Shown: positions 29,131 through 39,777 of the stretch, one piece after another
Layout: the number at the start of each line of letters is the position of its first letter
Numbering within the stretch: position 1 is the first letter of the stretch
Notes under the pieces: model-generated
Databases searched by the model: none
What the model was told of the DNA's origin: nothing
What the model saw: the letters and a program-made list of their open reading frames with translations, nothing else
Origin: Ignavibacteriota bacterium
GTDB taxonomy: Bacteria; Bacteroidota; Ignavibacteria; UBA10030
DNA length: 64,000 nt
Direction: 5' to 3'
NCBI GenBank assembly: GCA_003142575.1
Contig: PLMS01000093.1
Coordinates: 2,995-66,994, forward strand
Program-made: the position numbers and the translations under genes

Positions 29131-31077
29131 ATGCTTTCACTCGAACATATTACTCTTGAGTTTGGAGAACGAACGCTCTTCCACGACATCTCAACAACCG
29201 TCGGCCCGCGCGACCGCATCGGACTGGTAGGCTCCAACGGCAGCGGAAAGACAACGCTGCTACGTATCATCTCCGGTGCACCGCAGGGCGAAGAAGGAGC
29301 GGTTAAGAAAGCCCATTATGTAACGGTCGGATATCTCCAGCAGGAAACGATTGCTTTGCACGGCAAAACGCTTTATGAGGAAGCAGAGACAGCTTTTGAA
29401 GATATATTAGATACACAGCAAAAATTGAGCGAAGCACAGGATACTCTGGCTGAACTCGATCCAACAAGTGAAGAGTACGCCGACACACTGGAAGTTTATG
29501 GGGAATTACAGCATAAACTCGAAGAGCTTGACGCGTACCGGATGCGCTCAAAGATCGAACGCGTTTTGAATGGATTGGGTTTTTCGCAAACAGATCTCAA
29601 TCGACTGACAGAAGAATTCAGCGGCGGCTGGCAAATGCGTATTGCCATGGCAAAATTGCTGCTGCAAGAGCCGAGTCTTTTACTTCTTGACGAACCGACG
29701 AATCACCTCGATCTCGAATCGCTCCAATGGTTAGAAGAATATCTTCGCCAATATAACGGCGCTATTATCCTCGTCTCGCACGACCGTGCATTCCTCGATA
29801 ATCTCACGTCACGCACGTTTGCCCTGTCTGCCGGAAGGTTTGAAGAGTACGCCGGCAATTATTCTTTTTATGAAAAAGAGCGTCTCGTTCGGCGCGAACT
29901 TCTTTTGAGTCAACAACGGAATCAGCAAGATCAAATCAAGCATACACAGGAATTTATCGACCGCTTTCGTTACAAAGCCACCAAAGCACGGCAAGTACAG
30001 AGCCGCGTGAAGATGCTGGAGAAAATCGAAATAGTCGAAGTAGAACGTGAAGAAGAAGCGCTTCGGTTCAGGTTTCCACAGCCGGTTTCGAGCGGGCGTG
30101 TGGTTTTAGATTTACAGGGAATACAAAAGAGCTATGATTCGCTGCAAGTCTTCAGTCATCTTGATTTCAAAGTGGAACGCGGTGACCGTATTGCAGTAGT
30201 GGGCGTAAACGGTGCAGGAAAATCAACGCTTGTCCGGATCATTTCCGGAGAAGAATCATTTGAGAAAGGCGAACGGATCGTTGGACATAACGTTCTGCTC
30301 TCTTACTTCGGACAAGATCAGGCAGATGAACTCGACCTTTCCAAAAATGCTCTTCAATCGGTAGAAGAAGTTTCTTCATCCGAGACAAAGACACAACTGC
30401 GCACTCTTCTCGGTTCTTTCCTCTTCCACGGCGACGATGTATTTAAACGAGTATCAGTACTTTCTGGAGGCGAAAAAAGCAGATTAGCCCTCGCACGCAT
30501 GCTTCTACGACCAGCCAACTTTCTCATCATGGACGAACCGACTAATCACCTTGATATGCGTTCGAAGAAAGTACTACAAACCGCACTCGCCGAATACGAA
30601 GGAACGTTCCTCATCGTTTCGCACGACCGTGCCTTTCTCAATCCCATAATCAAGAAGGTACTGGAATTACGTCCCGGCTCGATGCGTCTCTATCTTGGTT
30701 CCATGTCGGAATATTTCGCAAAGAAAAAGCAGGAGAGTCTTTCCCAGCAGACCGCCGCACGCTTGAAACCGCTCGATAATTCGAAGGCAACAGCGCACGC
30801 TGCACGGCAGGAAGAGCAAGACCGCAAAAAAGTAAAAGAGAAAGAAGTGCGCTCCGTCAAGCGGCAATTAGAAGCAGTTGAGGCAGAGATCGCTCATCAC
30901 GAACAGAGGAAAAGTGAGATTGAAAGTCTTCTGGCCGATCCGGAAATGTATAAAAAGGGTGATGAAGCGAAAGCTATTTCCGCAGAATACAAATCGGTTC
31001 AGAAAGAATTAGGCGACGCCTACTGGCGTTGGGGAAAAGTATCGGAACAACTTGAGAAAGCGCAATCAGTTGAATAG
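29131..31077 (+). CDS. ABC-F family ATPase with a C-terminal coiled coil, a translation-factor-type ABC protein.
   Basis: Two Walker A motifs (GSNGSGKTT, GVNGAGKST). Two signature motifs (LSGGWQMR, LSGGEKSR). No TM domain. Confidence 0.9.
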   Translation: MLSLEHITLEFGERTLFHDISTTVGPRDRIGLVGSNGSGKTTLLRIISGAPQGEEGAVKKAHYVTVGYLQQETIALHGKTLYEEAETAFEDILDTQQKLSEAQDTLAELDPTSEEYADTLEVYGELQHKLEELDAYRMRSKIERVLNGLGFSQTDLNRLTEEFSGGWQMRIAMAKLLLQEPSLLLLDEPTNHLDLESLQWLEEYLRQYNGAIILVSHDRAFLDNLTSRTFALSAGRFEEYAGNYSFYEKERLVRRELLLSQQRNQQDQIKHTQEFIDRFRYKATKARQVQSRVKMLEKIEIVEVEREEEALRFRFPQPVSSGRVVLDLQGIQKSYDSLQVFSHLDFKVERGDRIAVVGVNGAGKSTLVRIISGEESFEKGERIVGHNVLLSYFGQDQADELDLSKNALQSVEEVSSSETKTQLRTLLGSFLFHGDDVFKRVSVLSGGEKSRLALARMLLRPANFLIMDEPTNHLDMRSKKVLQTALAEYEGTFLIVSHDRAFLNPIIKKVLELRPGSMRLYLGSMSEYFAKKKQESLSQQTAARLKPLDNSKATAHAARQEEQDRKKVKEKEVRSVKRQLEAVEAEIAHHEQRKSEIESLLADPEMYKKGDEAKAISAEYKSVQKELGDAYWRWGKVSEQLEKAQSVE

Positions 31078-31211
31078 TTGCACTTCTCTGTTAGACAGGG
31101 TAAATCCAGTACTGAATGGATAAAATCAAGTTTTGTATTCCTTCTTTGCTAAATTCAACGTACTATTCTTAAGAGCGGGTTGCATTGGAACTCAATCGAG
31201 AATCTGATTCG

Positions 31212-31610
31212 ATGGATACAGCAGCACCAAAACCCAAAGTACTTATTATCGACGATGACGCTTCGCACCGCCGGCTTGCTCAAGTCATATTCGAACGGAA
31301 CGGGTTTGATGTATCGATTGCCCATGATGGCAGTGAAGGAGTTCGACAGGCGCTCATCAATTCCCCTGCTGTCATCATCCTTGACCTCATGATGGAAGGA
31401 CTGCACGGTTTCGAGGTCTGCAAAATGCTTCGGGCTAATCCAAACTTGCGGCACACAGCAATTATTATCACATCAGGAAAATCATATAAAACCGATGTGG
31501 ACAAGGCGATACAAATGGGCGCTGATGCCTATGTAGTGAAACCATTTTTACCCAAGGAACTTCTTGAAATTGCTACTCTCTACATGAACTTGCGAGCGAG
31601 TCAACCATGA
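31212..31610 (+). CDS. Single-domain response regulator (CheY-like receiver).
   Basis: KVLIIDDD ... IILDLMM ... IIITSGKS receiver motifs. Confidence 0.8.
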   Translation: MDTAAPKPKVLIIDDDASHRRLAQVIFERNGFDVSIAHDGSEGVRQALINSPAVIILDLMMEGLHGFEVCKMLRANPNLRHTAIIITSGKSYKTDVDKAIQMGADAYVVKPFLPKELLEIATLYMNLRASQP

Positions 31611-32494
31611 TGAACATTCGATTTTGGGGAACACGTGGATCCATTCCATCACCGGGAAAATCGACGGTGAAGTACGGCGGCAACACGTCTTGCGTTGAAG
31701 TGCGTGTCAACAAACAAATACTGATCTTCGATGCGGGAACGGGAATACGGGATCTCGGCAATCAGCTGATGAAAGAATTTGCGTCCCAGCCTTTGATGAC
31801 AGTGCATCTCTTTATCAGTCATACACATTGGGATCATATTCAGGGCTTTCCATTCTTTATGCCCGCCTATGCAAAGAATTTCCAGGTGAATGTCTATGGA
31901 CCTCCTGCGCGCGATAAAAGTTTGAAGGATCTTTTAAAGTTTCAAATGGATGCCGAATATTTTCCTGTGCCATTAGGCGACCTGAACGCGCAAATAGTAA
32001 TGCAGGAAGTACGTGAGCCATTCTGGATTGGAGATGCGCAGATAACACCATTCTATATCAATCATCCCGCAATGACACTCGCCTATAAAGTTTCCGAAGG
32101 TGGAAAAACATTTATTTATGCATCGGATAATGAGCCATACCGGTACACACTTCATGCCGCACGAAAAGATCAGCTTGCATCTCAATACGGGGCGGAACTG
32201 GATCAGAAGTTCATTGACTTTCTCACGGGAGCAGACCTCCTTGTCAGCGAAGCGCAATACACATTGGATGAATATCGATCAAAGATCGGCTGGGGACATT
32301 CTCCAATCGAATCGGTTGTGGAATTCGCAATCAAGGCAAATGTGAAACAACTTGCTCTGTTCCATCACGATCCTGCACATGACGACACCACAATCGACGC
32401 GATGGTAAAACATGCGCAGAAATTACTCCAGGTACAGAAATCAACCATCCAATGTTTCGGCGCTGCTGAAGGGATGGAAATAAAGCTGGCGTAG
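31607..32494 (+). CDS. MBL-fold metallo-hydrolase.
   Basis: HLFISHTHWDHIQG metallo-beta-lactamase motif. The gene overlaps the receiver gene by 4 nt. Confidence 0.8.
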   Translation: MMNIRFWGTRGSIPSPGKSTVKYGGNTSCVEVRVNKQILIFDAGTGIRDLGNQLMKEFASQPLMTVHLFISHTHWDHIQGFPFFMPAYAKNFQVNVYGPPARDKSLKDLLKFQMDAEYFPVPLGDLNAQIVMQEVREPFWIGDAQITPFYINHPAMTLAYKVSEGGKTFIYASDNEPYRYTLHAARKDQLASQYGAELDQKFIDFLTGADLLVSEAQYTLDEYRSKIGWGHSPIESVVEFAIKANVKQLALFHHDPAHDDTTIDAMVKHAQKLLQVQKSTIQCFGAAEGMEIKLA

Positions 32495-32549
32495 CAAATA
32501 TGTAGAGCGGAAGACTCAGACCTTCAACTTCCAGTTTCAGATCTGTTAT

Positions 32550-33659
32550 TTATTTACAAATTGAAACAGGTAATTGTTTCGTTACGTATTCCGCGATCTG
32601 CCGTTTGAATTCTTTCCGATCAAACTTCTCGGCGTGTCGGCGAATGGCATACGGATCGAATTGCATTTTTGAAAGAGCTTTCATAGCTTCCACAAGTGCT
32701 TCAACAGTCTGATAGTGAAAGAAAACACCGGTTGGTACGTCGCCGTCTCCGACAACAGTTTCCAGCGCTCCCCCTTTTGCAAACGCAACCACCGGCTTCC
32801 CGCTTGCCATCGCTTCAAGCGGCACGATCCCGAAGTCTTCGACACCCGGGAAAATCAATGCACGGCATCCGGTATACAGCCTCGCAAGACTTTCATCGCT
32901 CTGCCATCCAAGAAATTCTATATTCTTTTTCGCCATCTTCTTCAGCTTTTCCATCTCAGGTCCGGAACCGACAACAAGAAGTTTCTCGCCAAACCGATTG
33001 AACGTCTCAATGGCGAGATCCACTCTTTTATACGGAACAAGTGCGCTGACAATGAGATAGTACCCCTCGTCCTTGTTCGACACAGTAAACAAATCCGTAC
33101 TCACCGGCGGATAAATGACATCCGATGTGCGGTGATAGATCCGCGAGATACGTTCAGCGACATTGTGAGAATTGGCAATAAAATGATGAACACGGTCGCT
33201 CGTGCGGACATCCCACCGCCGAAGATACGGCGCAATCAACGACATGGCCGTACGCGTGACGAATCCTGCGCGATCCTTTCCAAAATATTCTTCGTACTGA
33301 TCCCAAATGTACCGCATAGGCGTATTGCAATAACAAATGTGCATTGCTCCGCTGCGCGGCTTTGCTGCTTTGGCTACAGCGACACTCGTAGAAAGGATGA
33401 AATCATATTCTGAAAAATCGAGTGCATCTATGGCGGCAGGCATCAGCGGTAAATAGTGGCGGTACTTTGTTGCCTTCAGGGGAAGATGCTGAATGAATGA
33501 AGTTTTGATTTTCATTCGCTCAATAGCAGGCGACATCATCCCTTCATTATGGATGGTGGTAAAAATCGTTGCATCAGGGAATAATTCACAAAAGACTTCG
33601 AGAATCTTCTCGCCGCCCCGCATTCCGGTGAGCCAATCATGAACAAGAGCAACTTTCAT
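32550..33659 (-). CDS. Family 4 (group 1) glycosyltransferase.
   Basis: The E-x7-E region GVEDFGIVPLEAMASGKPVV matches the GT4 signature. I use the internal start MKVALVHDW. Confidence 0.85.
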   Translation of the reverse strand: MKVALVHDWLTGMRGGEKILEVFCELFPDATIFTTIHNEGMMSPAIERMKIKTSFIQHLPLKATKYRHYLPLMPAAIDALDFSEYDFILSTSVAVAKAAKPRSGAMHICYCNTPMRYIWDQYEEYFGKDRAGFVTRTAMSLIAPYLRRWDVRTSDRVHHFIANSHNVAERISRIYHRTSDVIYPPVSTDLFTVSNKDEGYYLIVSALVPYKRVDLAIETFNRFGEKLLVVGSGPEMEKLKKMAKKNIEFLGWQSDESLARLYTGCRALIFPGVEDFGIVPLEAMASGKPVVAFAKGGALETVVGDGDVPTGVFFHYQTVEALVEAMKALSKMQFDPYAIRRHAEKFDRKEFKRQIAEYVTKQLPVSICK

Positions 33660-33793
33660 CGTTCTATTTCCCCCACAAAGCATTTCAATCTCATAGTGCA
33701 AGAAAATAGCAAAAAAATAGCCGTCATCAAATGCCGAAGGCATGCCTTTGGCAGATAACGGCTATAGTTAAATCCTTGCAGAAATATTAACGA

Positions 33794-34894
33794 TTATTGA
33801 GCAGACATCTTAAGGATTTCAATGTCGCTGTCCGAAGTCTCAAGTGTAATAGTCGGACCACCGCCATTCAATGTATAGACGGCGTAAATATGGTCATCAT
33901 CTTCTTTGTTCTCGTACTTATCAGCTTTGAAATCGGAACGGATCGTGCATTTCTTGTGATGCCGCCCCCATCCATTCCCCATATTGATAGTTGCCTCAAC
34001 AATAGCTTTTGCGTTCTCAGGTAAGCCGAGTTGGATTTCTCCTCCGCCAGTTCTGATCGTACTCTTTCCAGTGTTCCCCGGAGTCAATTCACATTTAATA
34101 CTTCCTCCTCCTGTCGAGATATCGACCACCCCTGTTATGTCTTCCATCTCCACACTACCGCCGCCAGTTTTAACTTTTGCTCCATACTTCGCTCCACGCA
34201 CATGCACACTGCCGCCTCCAGTCGAAATGTCAATCCATTCCTTTGCATTTTCCACCGTGACACTTCCCCCGCCAGTCGATGCATTCACTTTTCCACCGAT
34301 CTCACGTAATGTAATGCTGCCGCCTCCGGTTTTTGCATTCAATATCCCGGTGATAAGTCCTGTTTCAATGCTCCCTCCGCCGGTTTGCATTGAGACGTCG
34401 CCTTCGACCTTTTCAATCTTAATGCTACCGCCCCCGGTTTCGACATCAACCTTGCCGATAATATGTTCAATCTTGATACTGCCGCCTTTGGTCTCCGCAT
34501 GGAAGTCGCCGGAAAGTACATCATTTTGTTTTACACTTCCGCCGGAAGTTTGAATATTCACATTGTATTTGGATGGGACATGTATGGTGAATATTAGACG
34601 ATCCACATTATGCCGTGAATCCCTGTAATTCACCGTAACATTGTTACCAGATTGACTCATAACCAGACGATCAGGATGCCGTTCATCTATTCCTTCCGCT
34701 TCAACAAAAACTTCGTCTTTAGATGACGACTCAATACGCACTGCTCCCGGTTCAACATCAACCGTAAGCAATCCGCCTTTCTGAACTGTAAATGATTTTG
34801 ATTGATAATCGGATGCATCATCGGAGTGTTTCTGAGCAATCGAGAGAGACGACATCGCCAAACTCATTAAAACGAACACAAATATCTTTTTCAT
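33794..34894 (-). CDS. DUF4097 (putative adhesin / LiaG-like) beta-helical repeat protein, secreted.
   Basis: Signal peptide. At least 10 tandem repeats of about 20 aa built on TGGGSI(K/E). Confidence 0.7.
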   Translation of the reverse strand: MKKIFVFVLMSLAMSSLSIAQKHSDDASDYQSKSFTVQKGGLLTVDVEPGAVRIESSSKDEVFVEAEGIDERHPDRLVMSQSGNNVTVNYRDSRHNVDRLIFTIHVPSKYNVNIQTSGGSVKQNDVLSGDFHAETKGGSIKIEHIIGKVDVETGGGSIKIEKVEGDVSMQTGGGSIETGLITGILNAKTGGGSITLREIGGKVNASTGGGSVTVENAKEWIDISTGGGSVHVRGAKYGAKVKTGGGSVEMEDITGVVDISTGGGSIKCELTPGNTGKSTIRTGGGEIQLGLPENAKAIVEATINMGNGWGRHHKKCTIRSDFKADKYENKEDDDHIYAVYTLNGGGPTITLETSDSDIEILKMSAQ

Positions 34895-35004
34895 TTATAT
34901 CCTCCGTGAATTTGTTGTTGGTTTATTACTTAAATCACTTGATTGTCTTTATCAAAAGCTATTCATTTCCGCTTCATAAATCCTGTTTGCCTTAATTACG
35001 TCTC

Positions 35005-36033
35005 TCATTTCTGTGCGAAGAGGTCAAACACCAAAAGTTTTCTATCCACTAAAGAATTATATGCAAGAAGAAAAGACCGAGGGCCCTTTGAAATTGTTTC
35101 TACCAGCACATTCCTTCCTAACTTTTCGTCTATTATCTTAGACATATAACATCCTATGACATAAAAAGCTCTATCCGTTGAGCCGACTTGCCAAAGAGTA
35201 TCCTTTAATTCTTTTTCTCTCAACGTTAAGGCTTTTTTAAATAGTTCATTCATTTTATTAAGTAATGCATTTACTTCCTCATGGTTTTCAAACAATTTAT
35301 AATCATCCTTTAGCATATCGGTCCGACAACGAGGGAATTCTTTTAACCCTTTGTAACCAACATAGGTTGCCATCCCTTCATTCTGGAGATCGTTATAAAT
35401 CTGAGAAATCACAGAATCCTGGGAACTGCTTTCAATTCTCTTTGGCTTGCATTTGTCGAACCCTTGATGGAACAATTCATGAATTAACAAATTGTCTTTA
35501 TCTGCATTGGCACCATAAATCACAATACTGTTTCCCGATTGAAAACCGGAAGCCATAATAGCAGTTGTAAAATAGATCGTAGTGCTTATATCGGGACAGT
35601 CTTTAGGGAGAAATGAACAAATGTAGGGAATAGCTTTTTCATTAAATTCTTTCCCCTTTTTTAATATAGTTCTTGCAGCGATAAGCTGTGAATTCTTTTC
35701 TCTATCTTCGATGGGAAGATTCTTGAAAGATTGCATCCATTCTTTCCATTGTTCTATCGGAATTGGAAATGAGACCCTTTGATGCCAAAGTTTAACAAGC
35801 TGGTATGCTGAATCACTTGCCCAAAATACATCGGGATTGGCAAGCACTTCTTCCGGATGCAGGATAATTTTCTCGATAGAAGAATCATCGAATCGGATTT
35901 TCGATTGGAGACAAGGACATTTTGACTTTTCTTCCTTCTCTTGTTGATTCCGTTGTTGAGATTTCGATGAAGAAGGAATCAGAATGAAGATTTGAAGATA
36001 GGAAAGAAGGATTATTATCATGTTTCTCGTCAT
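35005..36033 (-). CDS. Hypothetical secreted protein with an HExxH motif (peptidase-MA/DUF5700-like).
   Basis: Signal peptide. HELFHQGFD. Confidence 0.4.
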   Translation of the reverse strand: MTRNMIIILLSYLQIFILIPSSSKSQQRNQQEKEEKSKCPCLQSKIRFDDSSIEKIILHPEEVLANPDVFWASDSAYQLVKLWHQRVSFPIPIEQWKEWMQSFKNLPIEDREKNSQLIAARTILKKGKEFNEKAIPYICSFLPKDCPDISTTIYFTTAIMASGFQSGNSIVIYGANADKDNLLIHELFHQGFDKCKPKRIESSSQDSVISQIYNDLQNEGMATYVGYKGLKEFPRCRTDMLKDDYKLFENHEEVNALLNKMNELFKKALTLREKELKDTLWQVGSTDRAFYVIGCYMSKIIDEKLGRNVLVETISKGPRSFLLAYNSLVDRKLLVFDLFAQK

Positions 36034-36092
36034 TTTGATTCCTTTCCGATAAGTGTAAATGTAAGTTGCCATAGCGATTTTGAAGTCTGTTC

Positions 36093-37571
36093 TCACTTTT
36101 TCTTAAAGCAGAAGTCCAGGAATTCGAGGTTAACAACCTTACCAGAATCATCTGTACCAAAACGAAACATAGGATGTTTCCGCGGATCAACAACAAAACA
36201 AAACTGGTGCAAACCTACAGGCTGGATTGCTGCATTAAATTCAGGCTTCTCCACTAAGGAGAAATACAATGTATCATTTCTGACCTGTACATCCGCTTGA
36301 GCGTAATCACCGGGAACAGCATATCGACCGGAATACTTTTGAAGGTCTACATTTCGAAAATCAAACGCTGTTTCTGTTTTCTTCCTCTCCAGGATTGGGA
36401 CGAATTTCTCATAGATGATTTTTGTAAATTCTTTTTCCGGACCTATATATCCTTGCGGGTAATTGCAATTCGTCATAACCACAACACCGAGTTTGAGGTC
36501 AGGCAATACCGACATTTTTGATCCAAACCCCCAATGCCCGCCGGCATGTCCAAGGACTTGATGACCTTCATAGTCATACATTGCCCATCCTATTCCATAG
36601 GTATCGGTAGTTTGAGGATTGCGCAATGTTTGCGGCGTACGCATAAATCTCAGGCCATCACCGCTCAGGATTTTAGGATCACCATCCATTCCATCGCGAA
36701 ACTGAAAAGAAATAAAACGAGCGATGTCTTCCGGTGTTGAGTAGAGGCCGCCTGAATACTTAAGAACGTCCAGTTCCCAATCGGGAGCACGATAACGTTT
36801 GAAATCCGGCTCAAGGTAAGTATAACCTACTGCAAAGCGAGTTTGTTGTTCATCATTGAGACTGAAATCTGAATTCCTCATATCAAGTGGATCGAGTATG
36901 TTGGATTTGATATATTTCTCAAAGGGTTCATGGGCTGCATTTTCGAGAGCAATACCGAGCAGTTGAAAACCGAAATTCGAATAGTAGGGATACGTATTTG
37001 GCGTTTGCTCTATCTCAATCTTATCCAGCGTTGAGAGCAGATCTTTTTTCGTTACTCCCCACACAATCTTTTCCTTTCCGTTCGATACAACCCATTGGAA
37101 ATTTGAGAAGTAATGCCAGAAGCCCTGTGCTGCATCGACATGCAACCCTGATGTATGTGTGGCAAGCTGACGCAACGTTGTCGGACCGGTGTTTGGTAGA
37201 TATTTCGGTTTGTATGCGGGGATATACTTGACCAGGGGATCGTTGATATCTACCTTCCCTCGTTCAGCAAGCTGCATGAGCATCGTCGCGTTAAACAGTT
37301 TTGTCATGGAAGCAACCCGATAGATCGTCTTTGTCGTCGCCAGTATTTGCTTGTCGACGTCGGCATAACCAAATGCCTGAGAAAAGATGATCTTTTGATC
37401 GAGCACAACGGCTATGGAGAGACTCGGCCAACCGCGCTGCTGCATCAGCGACGTGCAAGTTTCCGGCAATGTTCGCAGCAATGAATCGAGTGAGCTTTGA
37501 GCGAAGATTGGAGTATGTATTGCGATGATAAAAAGAATCGCATGGATTAGAGTTATTGTCCTTTGTCTCAT
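36093..37571 (-). CDS. Serine hydrolase of the beta-lactamase / PBP4*-family.
   Basis: S-x-x-K active site YRVASMTKLF. Signal peptide. C-terminal extra domain. Confidence 0.8.
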   Translation of the reverse strand: MRQRTITLIHAILFIIAIHTPIFAQSSLDSLLRTLPETCTSLMQQRGWPSLSIAVVLDQKIIFSQAFGYADVDKQILATTKTIYRVASMTKLFNATMLMQLAERGKVDINDPLVKYIPAYKPKYLPNTGPTTLRQLATHTSGLHVDAAQGFWHYFSNFQWVVSNGKEKIVWGVTKKDLLSTLDKIEIEQTPNTYPYYSNFGFQLLGIALENAAHEPFEKYIKSNILDPLDMRNSDFSLNDEQQTRFAVGYTYLEPDFKRYRAPDWELDVLKYSGGLYSTPEDIARFISFQFRDGMDGDPKILSGDGLRFMRTPQTLRNPQTTDTYGIGWAMYDYEGHQVLGHAGGHWGFGSKMSVLPDLKLGVVVMTNCNYPQGYIGPEKEFTKIIYEKFVPILERKKTETAFDFRNVDLQKYSGRYAVPGDYAQADVQVRNDTLYFSLVEKPEFNAAIQPVGLHQFCFVVDPRKHPMFRFGTDDSGKVVNLEFLDFCFKKK

Positions 37572-37633
37572 ATAACCTCTCTTTTTTAATTTTGATTGGA
37601 AACAATGCGACATCGCAATGACACAAACCAATA

Positions 37634-38782
37634 TCAGCGACGTAATTTATGAATCTCAATATTGGAATTTGAGGTGCTCAGTTCAACCAACTCACCGCCG
37701 CCGTTGAGTTTATAGACAGCACGAATTTCGTCAGCTTCTTCATCGGTTTCATATGATTCTTTTGGGAATTCCGACTTCACAACATATCGGCTTTTTCGTG
37801 AACCCCATCCATCGAGACGAATGATCGCTTCAATCGTTGCCTTAGAATTTTCATCGATATACAGCCGCACATCTCCGCCCGATGATGAAAGTTTACTGCC
37901 GCCCTTCCCGCTGGGAATCAATTCTGCTTCTACTTCACCACCGGAAGTTTTTGCATTAATCGAACCGGTAATATTCTGCAGCTTGACATCTCCGCCGGAA
38001 GTTTTTGCGCTAACATTGCCGCTCGCTCCTTTTAATTCGATATCACCGCCTGCCGTGTTGAGTGTTGCCTTGCCAGAAACCTTGCCTACCTTGATATCGC
38101 CGCCGGACGTCGAGACATGCGCTTCTCCGCCAACATTACCAATGATGATATTGCCGCCGGCCGTTTTCGCATCAAGAGATTTTGTGATTGTCTCCACCTG
38201 GATATTCCCGCCGGAAGTGTTGACAGAGAGCGAGCCATTCACACTCCCAACCTGGATATCTCCGCCGGCGGTCTTCAGACTTCCGTCGCCTTCAATCTTT
38301 CCTGTACTAATATCGCCCCCAGACGTTGTCACTTCTACCGGACCGCCAAAAACATTTCCTAATTTGATATCACCCCCCGAGGTCGATCCATCGATCTTCC
38401 CCGTTAGTTCCCCTTTTACTTCCAAGTCACCGCCGGATGTGTTCATGTCCAAATTAAATTGTGACGGCACAGAGATAGCAAAGCGAACATGTCCTGAACC
38501 ATCATCCCACCGTGATCGATATGATACACGCACGATATTCCCGTTTTGAGTCATCTTTACTTTGTCAAAGTCTTCATCGTCTAACCCTTCTATCACGACA
38601 GAGACTTCATTTTTATCCCATGGAGAAATATTAATATCTCCCCTGCTTGTGGAGACTTCTATCGTCCCTCCTTTGCTGACGCTAAACGATTTCGACCTGT
38701 TTCCATCTTCTCTTGCCGATGCAAGTGTCATTGCGAGTAATGCCGCGAGTGTGGCAATGAGTATTCGCGTATACGTTTTCAT
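37634..38782 (-). CDS. DUF4097 (LiaG-like) repeat protein, secreted. Paralog of 33794..34894.
   Basis: Repeated TSGGDI(K/E) blocks. Overlaps the anti-sigma gene by 4 nt. Confidence 0.7.
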   Translation of the reverse strand: MKTYTRILIATLAALLAMTLASAREDGNRSKSFSVSKGGTIEVSTSRGDINISPWDKNEVSVVIEGLDDEDFDKVKMTQNGNIVRVSYRSRWDDGSGHVRFAISVPSQFNLDMNTSGGDLEVKGELTGKIDGSTSGGDIKLGNVFGGPVEVTTSGGDISTGKIEGDGSLKTAGGDIQVGSVNGSLSVNTSGGNIQVETITKSLDAKTAGGNIIIGNVGGEAHVSTSGGDIKVGKVSGKATLNTAGGDIELKGASGNVSAKTSGGDVKLQNITGSINAKTSGGEVEAELIPSGKGGSKLSSSGGDVRLYIDENSKATIEAIIRLDGWGSRKSRYVVKSEFPKESYETDEEADEIRAVYKLNGGGELVELSTSNSNIEIHKLRR

Positions 38783-39777
38783 TGTTGTATCTCCTGCAAA
38801 GCTGTTTTTGCTCTGATTCTGATATAGTTATTATCATCCGATTGAGCCTTATTCTTGAACATCTCAAGAATTTCCCTGTTCACCGGTTGGTTTTCATATT
38901 GAGACAAATCTAACGAGTTAATTGCTGCAATCTTCAAGCCTGTATTCTTCTCGTTTGCTAAGACTTGAAGAAATGCACGGACAATGACCGGATCCGGCAA
39001 ATAATTTCTGAGTACACTCAGTGCTTCTTTCCGTACACCAAGATTTCGATCATGCAAAAGCGCCGAAACGAGAGCAGATTTTACTTCTGCATCAAATCCA
39101 GGAACATGGTTCTGTTTTTGTCCGGTTTGTGTGCCAATCATATTCACAGCACGAAGTCGCGTGCCGGCATTTTGATCGCTCACGAGTGTTCGTGCAAGTA
39201 CTTTTTGCACATGCTCATCATTTACATTGCCGCGTATGTGCACCGGCGTGATTGTTTCAAATGTAAACTCCACATCTCCTGTTTGTGCATCGCGATCAAG
39301 GAAACGGATATTCGTAATTTGAGACTCTCCTGCTTCCATCGCCGCTGTCTGTTTCATTGCTAAGGATTTTTCCGAGGGTGCTTTGAAGACGAAATATCCA
39401 ACAAGAATTCCAATTGCGATCATCGCGACTCCGCCCAATGTCGCTTGAACAGGCGGAGCAAGAATTCTATCGAGTACATCTTTCACTTTGCTCCATAGTG
39501 ATTTCTGTGCTGCTCCAGCAAGAATTCGTAATCGTAGATTTCTTCGGGCATCCTGAAGCAATGACTCTTGTACTGCAACCGATTGACGATGTGCCAACGT
39601 ACCATGGAGTTTTTTTAGCTCATCGAGATTACAACGACATTGCTCACATGCTGTAAGATGGTTATCCAATAAAACTCGTTCCTGTTCGCTTAATTCATGA
39701 TACAAGGAAAGCTGGAGCCATTCCTCAAACTGTTTGTGTTTCATAGACCGTTCCTCGCTTTTTTTTTCAACTTGCAA
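38779..39777 (-). CDS. Anti-sigma factor with an N-terminal zinc-finger, one TM helix and a C-terminal HEAT-repeat domain.
   Basis: HLTACEQCRCNLDELKKLHG is a zinc-finger anti-sigma (zf-HC2-like) motif. A TM segment runs ~LGGVAMIAIGILVGYFVF. The C-terminus is repetitive (LHDRNLGVRKEA, LANEKNTGLKIAA). Confidence 0.6.
   Translation of the reverse strand: MQVEKKSEERSMKHKQFEEWLQLSLYHELSEQERVLLDNHLTACEQCRCNLDELKKLHGTLAHRQSVAVQESLLQDARRNLRLRILAGAAQKSLWSKVKDVLDRILAPPVQATLGGVAMIAIGILVGYFVFKAPSEKSLAMKQTAAMEAGESQITNIRFLDRDAQTGDVEFTFETITPVHIRGNVNDEHVQKVLARTLVSDQNAGTRLRAVNMIGTQTGQKQNHVPGFDAEVKSALVSALLHDRNLGVRKEALSVLRNYLPDPVIVRAFLQVLANEKNTGLKIAAINSLDLSQYENQPVNREILEMFKNKAQSDDNNYIRIRAKTALQEIQQ

Noticed and set aside
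33984-34553. 189-aa plus-strand ORF full of LPPPV repeats. A similar 242-aa ORF lies at 37821..38549.
   Set aside because: These are antisense reading-frame artefacts of the TGGGSI and TSGGDI coding repeats of the DUF4097 genes.
33794-38782. Periodic short repeats that could be mistaken for a CRISPR array or satellite.
   Set aside because: The repeats are in-frame coding repeats of beta-helix proteins. Spacer regularity and the repeat/spacer structure are absent. I found no CRISPR array anywhere in the window.
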